Positions 57,136 through 64,000 of a DNA stretch of 64,000 bases are shown here, one piece after another. A program made the position numbers and the translations under genes. Numbering within the stretch: the first letter of the stretch is position 1; each line of letters opens with the position of its first letter. This DNA is from a bacterium (lineage in GTDB: Bacteria > UBA8248), in contig OY843592.1 of the NCBI GenBank assembly GCA_963692865.2, positions 3,840,001 to 3,904,000 of the forward strand, read 5' to 3'. A model generated the notes under the pieces. The model saw only the letters and a program-made list of their open reading frames with translations, was not told the origin of the DNA and ran no database searches.

Positions 57136-58341
57136 CTATATCTCCAGCGGCTCTTTGGGAAAGGACGTAAAGGAAACGCCGCCGTCCTTCGTGACGTGCA
57201 CCATGTCCTCGTTGCCGAACAGATAGGTGTTCTCGACGGCGATGCGCGGCTCGACGGCGAGCACCATGTTCTCCTCGAGCGGCATTTTCTCGATTCCCAT
57301 GTCGGGGCGCTCGTGGATGTCCCAGCCCAGGCCGTGGCCCAGGAACCTGTCCCACAAATCGAACCCGGCGTCGCGGGCCATCGCCTCGGCCGTGTCGACG
57401 AGCCTGCTCGCCACGACGCCCGGCTTCGCCTCCTCGATGACCGTCCGCTGGATATCGAGTATCGTCTCGTAGGCGCGCCGGTGGGTATCCGTCACCGGCC
57501 CCATGGCGCGCGTGCGCGAGGAGTCGACGGGATAGCCTTCGAACCTCATGCAGATGTCCCAGTGCACGACGTTGCCGCGCTCGATGGCCTTGGCCGGGCT
57601 GGGCATGTGCAAGAGCGCGCCCGCCACCGGATAGCCGCTGCAGATGAGGCTGGGCGAGCTGCTGCACGAATCCTCGTAAATCGGGTCGGCGGAGCGCATC
57701 GCGTGCTCGGCGGCGCGGATGAGTTCGAGCTCCGTCGCGCCGACGCCCTCGGTGCTCAGGATGGCGGCGACGGTCTCGTGCCCCAGGTCCGCGACCCGGC
57801 CCGCCTTGCGCATCATCTCCAGATCGAAATCGCTCTTCACCATCCGGAGTTCCTCCACGATGGTCGAGCGCACGATTTCGAGGTCGGGGAACGTCTCCCT
57901 CATCCCGGCGTAGAGGGGCGCGGGGAACTTGTCGAACGTCTCGACGCCGACGCGCCTGACTTCGCCCGCGTCGCGAATCAGCTTCTCCAGGTTCTCGACG
58001 GAGAGGCCGTCGCCCTTTTTCGCCGAAAACCCCTCCCCCGCCACGATGCGCGGGACGCACACCTCGCGCGTCGGCATGAGGCCCGGATCGACCATGAGCG
58101 CGGGGTCGTCGCTTTGCGTGATGAAGGCCGCGCCCCCGTCGACGATGGAGGTCTCCGTGGACGTCAGGCTGATCCACCCCGCCCGGTCGGGAAAGTAATC
58201 GGTGAGATAGCGCAGGCTGCCGGAGAGCTTGTTATTGCCGTAAACGATCAAGGCGTCGTATTCACGCTCCGCCATCAGCCGCCGGGTGTTCGCCAGCCGT
58301 CTGTCGATTTCGGCCTGGAGCACATCGCGTGGAATGGGCAT
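57136..58341 (-). CDS. M24 family (Xaa-Pro peptidase/creatinase-like) hydrolase
   Basis: LRMVKS, WDI..GYPVDSSRT, GHGLGWDIHE, LAVEP, EDMV. Confidence 0.88.
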   Translation of the reverse strand: MPIPRDVLQAEIDRRLANTRRLMAEREYDALIVYGNNKLSGSLRYLTDYFPDRAGWISLTSTETSIVDGGAAFITQSDDPALMVDPGLMPTREVCVPRIVAGEGFSAKKGDGLSVENLEKLIRDAGEVRRVGVETFDKFPAPLYAGMRETFPDLEIVRSTIVEELRMVKSDFDLEMMRKAGRVADLGHETVAAILSTEGVGATELELIRAAEHAMRSADPIYEDSCSSSPSLICSGYPVAGALLHMPSPAKAIERGNVVHWDICMRFEGYPVDSSRTRAMGPVTDTHRRAYETILDIQRTVIEEAKPGVVASRLVDTAEAMARDAGFDLWDRFLGHGLGWDIHERPDMGIEKMPLEENMVLAVEPRIAVENTYLFGNEDMVHVTKDGGVSFTSFPKEPLEI

Positions 58342-58422
58342 GTCATCCCCCTGGGCGAGCGGACGCGCGGGGAGAGCGGGGTTCGAATCCCCCCGCCTCC
58401 GCGCGGCGCCGCGTTTGAACTC

Positions 58423-59373
58423 CTACTTGATGCCGGCTTTGAGGTTCTTGCCCACCGCCTGAAGCAGTCTCGTATCCAGCGGAATCGTCCCGGTGTCGAT
58501 CGTGTACTTGGACTTGTCGTCCTTGTCCATCGCCACGTCGACGCCCGTGCGCACGAGCTGCTTGCCGACCGAATCGCAAAAAGTCAGCACGGTCGCCAGC
58601 ATGTTGCCGCGATAGACTTCCTGCATCGCCTCCTCGACGCCGTTGAAACCCGTGACGATGATCTTGCCGAGCTTCCCGCGCGCCTTCACCGCCTGGAGCG
58701 CGCCGAGCGCCATGTCGTCGTTCACGGCGACGATGGCCGAGATATCGGGATGCGCCGTCAGGATGTCCTCGGCTTTCTTCAAGCCCTGCGCGCGGTCCCA
58801 GTTGGCCGCCCAGACGCCGACCACCTTGATGCCCTTGTACTTGGCCAGCGTGTCCCTGGCGCCCCTTTTCCGCAGGATGCTGGACATGTTGCCCGGCACG
58901 CCCTCCATGAGCGCGACCTTGCCCTTGCCGCCCAGCTCCTCGGCGACGGCCTTGGCGACCGCGGACTGCCCGTAGTACTGATCCGGCCCGACGAAATGCC
59001 GCGCCACCTGCTTGGCCAGATCGTCGGAATGGATGAGCACGCGGATGCCGCTTTTCTGCACCTTCTTGACCGTCTGCACCATGGCGTTGGGGTCGATGGC
59101 GCTGAAGGCGAGCACGTGCACGCGCTTCTGGATGAGGTCGTCGATCATCTTGGTCACGCCGATGAGGTCGGTGCCGAGAGCGCCGCTCAGGACCGTGAGC
59201 TTGACGTTGGGATGGTTCTTGGCCTCCGCCTCGGCGGAGCGTTTGAGGCAGGCGAAATAGGGGTTCCCCAGCGTCTCCACCACGATGCCGATCTTGACCT
59301 CCTTCGCGAACGCGGGCGACGTGAACCCGGCGAACGCGACCGCTACGATGACGATACCTATCATGCGCTTCAT
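58423..59373 (-). CDS. Sugar (RbsB-like) ABC transporter substrate-binding protein
   Basis: Signal peptide ending AFA, NPYF, ANWDR, NDDMALGALQA, TGFNG. Confidence 0.92.
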   Translation of the reverse strand: MKRMIGIVIVAVAFAGFTSPAFAKEVKIGIVVETLGNPYFACLKRSAEAEAKNHPNVKLTVLSGALGTDLIGVTKMIDDLIQKRVHVLAFSAIDPNAMVQTVKKVQKSGIRVLIHSDDLAKQVARHFVGPDQYYGQSAVAKAVAEELGGKGKVALMEGVPGNMSSILRKRGARDTLAKYKGIKVVGVWAANWDRAQGLKKAEDILTAHPDISAIVAVNDDMALGALQAVKARGKLGKIIVTGFNGVEEAMQEVYRGNMLATVLTFCDSVGKQLVRTGVDVAMDKDDKSKYTIDTGTIPLDTRLLQAVGKNLKAGIK

Positions 59374-59569
59374 AGACTCTCCTCCCCGGTTGGATCTATG
59401 ACCCAGTGTGCAATCGCATCTTCGGAATTCAGGTGATGGGAAAATGATCACACACGGACTCGCGCGCGTCAAGAAAGAAGATCGGCGGCAGCGCGGAGAG
59501 GCACGGATGAACGCGATGGTTCGTAGGGACAGGCCGCTGCCTACGGAAACCGGCTGGGTCCGACGACGT

Positions 59570-61408
59570 TCAGCGTTTGCCGCCGAAACCACCGAGGAGG
59601 TTGACGCGAGGCGTTCGATCATCAAGCACCCCCGCCATTTCCTCATGCGCCGGGCCAAAGAAGCCGCCGTTGATGCGGTTGTCGGTATCGGAGAAGGCAT
59701 TACCGGTCACTTGGATGGCGTATGCGAGGCTGGGGGCCCGGAAGGGTGTCGGTTTGTTCTCGACGAACACGCGCAGGTTGTCGAACCGTGCCGTGCCGTT
59801 GAGGTTCGAAAGCGTTACTTGGAGTTCCGCGTCGCCGAACACGGGGGGCAGCATGGCCTGCCCAAGATCCACACCAAGCAAAGAACCCGACCAAGATACC
59901 GTCTCCTTTAAGGCGGGGTTTTGGGCAAGATTCGCACCCGGAGCGACACCGAATGCGTCGGCACCAGCCCATAAAGAATCCCATTCGTAATTGGGTGTGT
60001 TGTGAAATACAAAATCTCCTGCAAATCGAAGGGCCCGCGACACGCCTACTCCAAAAGCGCTGTAGCGTCCCCAAGCCCCAAAACCATAGATTTCCGGTTC
60101 GGACGCTGTTTTGGAATCCAGTACCTGATATCCGCTGTCTGCCAAAATGGCCTTGTCCAATTCGCTCGGGCCGTTGCTCCAAGTGCCATCAGCCCCGACG
60201 CCGTCACCACAGTACGGTGCATAATATGTCATTATAGATCCAACGCAGCCGCCCGGATGCGCATAATCGACTATGGCACCGGGAGTTCCTGCTGGCACAT
60301 TCACCCAAAAATCTCCTTCCAGATACCTACGAAACGGGACGGAATTCCCGCCGTTGGCTTCGCGCGCCTTGGGTCCATCGAATGTGCCATTCACGGTGTT
60401 TATGTGGCGCTGAAATCCCTCGAAAGCCCACAAAACATGCCCCAGTTCATGGGCTGCAGTGCCCATTTGCCTGTCCCAGTCAGAACTCCACCCACCTGGA
60501 TTTCCGGGAAAACCGGCAACACGTCGAGTGAACGTTATTGTTCCAATCCGCGCTCGTGAATCGCGCGACGCTACTAAACCACCCGCACAAGCAGCAGCGC
60601 CACCACATCCTTCTTCCTCAAAACCCACCGACACATAAAGACCATCTATCGTGAGTTCTTTGAAAACTTGATCATCTAGCGAAATATTTTGGATAGTATA
60701 AGAACCATAGTCGTTGATATGGTAGGACCACGCTTTCCCAGCCCGCTCAATAGCCGCTCGGATGCTTGAATCAAATACCGCCGCCGAGTTACCTCGGTAT
60801 TCGAACTCTATATTGAGCGTCCCGGCGGGGCCAGATTTCCATTGTCCATAGGTGATCCCGTTTCTTTCGCCGATGACTTCAACATCTTCTGGCCGCACGT
60901 TGCGAAATCTGGCTCCGGCATTTTCTGGATTTCCGTCAGCGCTATCGAGCAAAACCTTGAGAACCCGTTTCCGTTGGACGATATCCGACTGGTTTACCAC
61001 CGACAGCCCAAGCGCAGACCGCAATGTCTGAGGATCGTTCCAATGATCGAGCAGATCCTCGGCAAAGATATTATTTCTGAAGTAACCCCAAGCCGTTACA
61101 GTGGGCGCGCCGCCGGTCCGGTCGTAGGTCGCCGTGCCATCCGACGCCACCGTCACCACGCACGCCGGGCCGCCAGACGGACACGAGAGCACCATGTTGC
61201 CATGCTCATCGGAAACGCCCGGCTCAACTGTAATTCGGCCGGGCCGAATGCCATGGCCATAAGGGAGCGGTAAAGACAAATCCGGCGGCGGCACAACCGG
61301 CGGCGATGAAGTGACGCCACCCCCACCGCCACAGGCAGACAAGACAGTCAACAACAACCAAAGTAACGACAACTTGAGGTAAAAACCCCTGATTCCTTGA
61401 CGCTTCAT
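59570..61408 (-). CDS. Lipoprotein with zinc metallopeptidase (HELGH) domain and C-terminal TbpB-like beta-barrel
   Basis: Lipobox LSAC plus Gly/Pro linker, AAHELGH, C-terminal GGFFGPAHEEMAGV..LGGFGGKR. Confidence 0.72.
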   Translation of the reverse strand: MKRQGIRGFYLKLSLLWLLLTVLSACGGGGGVTSSPPVVPPPDLSLPLPYGHGIRPGRITVEPGVSDEHGNMVLSCPSGGPACVVTVASDGTATYDRTGGAPTVTAWGYFRNNIFAEDLLDHWNDPQTLRSALGLSVVNQSDIVQRKRVLKVLLDSADGNPENAGARFRNVRPEDVEVIGERNGITYGQWKSGPAGTLNIEFEYRGNSAAVFDSSIRAAIERAGKAWSYHINDYGSYTIQNISLDDQVFKELTIDGLYVSVGFEEEGCGGAAACAGGLVASRDSRARIGTITFTRRVAGFPGNPGGWSSDWDRQMGTAAHELGHVLWAFEGFQRHINTVNGTFDGPKAREANGGNSVPFRRYLEGDFWVNVPAGTPGAIVDYAHPGGCVGSIMTYYAPYCGDGVGADGTWSNGPSELDKAILADSGYQVLDSKTASEPEIYGFGAWGRYSAFGVGVSRALRFAGDFVFHNTPNYEWDSLWAGADAFGVAPGANLAQNPALKETVSWSGSLLGVDLGQAMLPPVFGDAELQVTLSNLNGTARFDNLRVFVENKPTPFRAPSLAYAIQVTGNAFSDTDNRINGGFFGPAHEEMAGVLDDRTPRVNLLGGFGGKR

Positions 61409-61497
61409 ATCTTCACTCCCTTGACTCTTTCGAGGTTCCATGGGGCGCGACGCCCGGCGACGTAATCAACGAACCCGAACAGATCACACCACCCAAT

Positions 61498-61719
61498 TCA
61501 GCCGTCACATCTCTTGCTGGCCAAATATTCCGGATACATCTCTTTAGGGATTTTGGTAGTTCCGCCCGATGGCACCCAAGTTCCTTCCCGCCGCTCCTTG
61601 CCGGAGGGAATCGAGATTACGGTATTCCAAACGCATTGCCCAACCGGCACTTCAATCATCGTTGACCGACATCCGGCCACCATTGCGAGCAGTATGATAA
61701 AAATCGCCGCTTCTCTCAT
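61498..61719 (-). CDS. Small lipoprotein
   Basis: MREAAIFIILLAMVAGC lipobox, SD GGAGG. Confidence 0.6.
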   Translation of the reverse strand: MREAAIFIILLAMVAGCRSTMIEVPVGQCVWNTVISIPSGKERREGTWVPSGGTTKIPKEMYPEYLASKRCDG

Positions 61720-61976
61720 GATTCCGCCTCCCTGTTATGCATCGTTGCATGTCTCGCCCAAATCCAATTCGGTACCAATACCGTCCGGCGTCCAACCCGA
61801 CACCACAGCAACAAAAGAAGCGGGGCCAAACCGTTGGAACATGCGCGAGAGCTCGATTCGCCGCACAAGCGGGACCGCAGGCGTACCCGCAATCGCCGAT
61901 CCAGCAATGCGCTCATTCGCCGTTCAGGCCTCAACCATTGCGCCTAAACCGAGGGCGCTCTAACAATCCGCGAATT

Positions 61977-62912
61977 CTATCTGTCGCCTATTTCCTTTGT
62001 TTTTCGGTCGATTTCTACCCATGGCGACAAAAAACCATCCCTCCTCAACGTCACGGTCGTGCGAAATCCCTTCGATCTTAAGGGAAACATGAATCTCTGA
62101 ACTCCAGCTACACGCCCCACCTCATCGGTCCGGACCGGGAAGTCGTTCAGCTCCAAGGTCCAGTCTCCCAAGATACTCTTGTCGACCGTCGTAAACATCG
62201 CGTAGAAAGTGGTTTCTCTACCAGGGCGAATTCGCACGTCCGATCCCAGAATTTTCAGGGGCCGCAAAGTTCCGACCACTCCCTTGCCGCTGATGCACGG
62301 GAGCTTGGCCCTGATGTTCTGCGCAAGGATCTGGAAATCAGCCAACTCGTTGTCGTTGCCTGCCGGATCGACCAGAACTGCATCCGCCCGATCGAGCCTC
62401 AAAACGTTCGGTGTGCCATTCGTGATCCTGAACCGCCTTACATAAACTCCCTCCAGCGGGTCGACTTTGATCATTACCCTGGTTTTCTGGATGGAAACCC
62501 GCCCCGTCCTCGCATTTACGTAACGCTTGGTATTGAATCGAAGATGAGCACCCTCGCAGGCCTGTACTACAACTGGCTGTACAAGGTCTTCTATTTCACC
62601 TTGATCCTCGATAGTAACATTGTCCTTTGTTTGCTTTTTTTGATGATCTTCGGCCGCGACGATGGCAAAAGTGTCGATGTGCCGCAGTTTCGTCTCCGGT
62701 TCCCCTCCCGCGCACGCTGCAAGAACCAACAAGAAAGAAAGCGGAACAATACGGAAATATTTTGGCGGACAAATTGCAACAAAATCGGCAAGCCAACTGC
62801 GCAACCTGTCAATCAAACTCCAATCACTGAAGAAAAAATCGATATCGCACAGGTGGCGACGGAAAGGAACCATTTTCACATTCTCCTTGATTTGAGGTTT
62901 GTATACGTCCAA
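61977..62912 (-). CDS. Hypothetical lipoprotein (start uncertain)
   Basis: Hydrophobic stretch plus LAAC lipobox internal to ORF; beta-rich body. Confidence 0.55.
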   Translation of the reverse strand: MDVYKPQIKENVKMVPFRRHLCDIDFFFSDWSLIDRLRSWLADFVAICPPKYFRIVPLSFLLVLAACAGGEPETKLRHIDTFAIVAAEDHQKKQTKDNVTIEDQGEIEDLVQPVVVQACEGAHLRFNTKRYVNARTGRVSIQKTRVMIKVDPLEGVYVRRFRITNGTPNVLRLDRADAVLVDPAGNDNELADFQILAQNIRAKLPCISGKGVVGTLRPLKILGSDVRIRPGRETTFYAMFTTVDKSILGDWTLELNDFPVRTDEVGRVAGVQRFMFPLRSKGFRTTVTLRRDGFLSPWVEIDRKTKEIGDR

Positions 62913-63284
62913 TCATGTTTGCTCTAGTCCGAGGATCAGCCCTAGACCAATACCTGGAAAAAACTCTCGATAGGGCTCAAGTTTAATGACACAGGCAACC
63001 TTAAAAGTATCCGATGCATTCCGGTATGAAATGCTTTTTGACGGGGGCTTTCTTCAGTATTGTGGGAGAGAAATCCACGAGTACTTGGGGACTTGAATCG
63101 ATCAAGCCCCCACTGGACAGCGGCAATACTGTCGAAGGGTTTGATGCAGGAATTTTGCTCGCAAATGGAGAAACGATTCGCGCTATTATCGCAATCGAAC
63201 GCGCAGTCCGTTTCGACCCCGAAAACGACTATATGGAAGCTTTTCGCGCCGCAAAAGAGGTCAGCTAATTTTGGTCCTTTTCCT

Positions 63285-63329
63285 GTGTCGGGGTGTCGGG
63301 GTGTCGGGGTGTCGGGGTGTCGGGGTGTC
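63285..63329 (+). repeat. Octanucleotide tandem repeat (GTGTCGGG) x5 plus partial
   Basis: Perfect copies read directly from the sequence. Confidence 0.95.
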
Positions 63330-63862
63330 CTTGGCGCATGTTAGCATCCTTACCCGAATGTAACAATATGAGTGATTTCACCACCTCGCTGAACTTTGCC
63401 ATACACGGGGTTGTGGCTTTCGGCGAACTCTCGCGCTTTATGCGTTCAGACTCTTGCAGATCATGCGCCAGCCAAGAATCCCCGGCGCGATTTCTTTCTT
63501 CTAGGCACATCATGCCTTCATGTCCTACGCTCTTCACTTTGACAGGGATACCCATGAAGCCACAGTGAGAGCAATACGTCTCACCGGGCCAACTCTGTTT
63601 CTGAAGCCAACAAACTACTTTGCCTATTATTAGGCTTTTAATACACCAAAAGATTTGGTTAGGCAAGCATTACAACCCGAATTCTTCTGGATGTCGTTGC
63701 CGAGCACCCTCAAGGGGAGGTAGGGGCAAAGCAGGCTCTGGGCGGCTCCTCTTTGGCAGGGTCGCGCCACACCCCCTCGACACGCTCGGGACGGAGGAAA
63801 ACAGTCTTTCCATCCCTACTCGCCGTGAACCCCCTTTGTAAGGGGAACCTTTTCAACAACCC

Positions 63863-64000
63863 CTACTTCGGCGGGATGATCGGCAAGAGCACGTGGGAGG
63901 GATGCTCGGGGCCGGTGTGGACCGTCACCTCGCCGCCGAACACCTCGGGCGGCCTGTCGGCAGGGTCGTCGTGCCGGAACGGCCCCACGCCCGAGAATAC
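63863..64000 (-). CDS. C-terminus of CocE/NonD-family hydrolase (partial, runs off window end)
   Basis: VFSGVGPFRHDDPADRPPEVFGGEVTVHTGPEHPSHVLLPIIPPK-stop. Confidence 0.65.
   Translation of the reverse strand, partial: VFSGVGPFRHDDPADRPPEVFGGEVTVHTGPEHPSHVLLPIIPPK

Noticed and set aside
58376-58400. tRNA/tmRNA 3'-like fragment GCGGGGTTCGAATCCCCCCGCCTCC
   Set aside because: Only a T-arm-like hairpin with no D or anticodon arm and no CCA; more simply part of an intergenic stem-loop.
63014-63268. TPR-like small ORF
   Set aside because: Short, no clear start signal and only a weak TPR-like pattern; may be a remnant.

Overview
High-GC bacterial chromosomal segment. Its gene content (F420 pathway, many LLM/amidase/CoA-transferase enzymes, selenoproteins, dense palindromic repeats) suggests a Nitrospinota/Tectomicrobia-like lineage; this is inference only. 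Housekeeping and metabolic content: hemE-hemH-hemY, tRNA-Cys, glgX and a frameshifted glgB, a tartrate dehydratase-like enolase, a SorT-like sulfite oxidase, aroE, a complete F420 biosynthesis operon (cofG-cofH-frhB-like-nitroreductase-cofD-cofC-cofE), a CdaA-YbbR diadenylate cyclase, amtB, a sugar ABC transporter, two UGA-readthrough selenoprotein candidates with SECIS-like hairpins (OsmC-like and UGSC), HigBA and PIN toxin-antitoxin modules and an IS110/IS1111-type element. The main signal is a set of phage virion genes split into two operons about 12 kb apart: capsid, neck, tail tube and chaperone at 28196-34314, and terminase ATPase, terminase nuclease and portal at 46202-49274. No integrase, replication or lysis genes accompany them. 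Both operons carry an identical 22-bp direct-repeat box exactly 24 bp upstream of a -10 hexamer. This points to a co-regulated, host-domesticated, gene-transfer-agent-like system with a naturally split large terminase.
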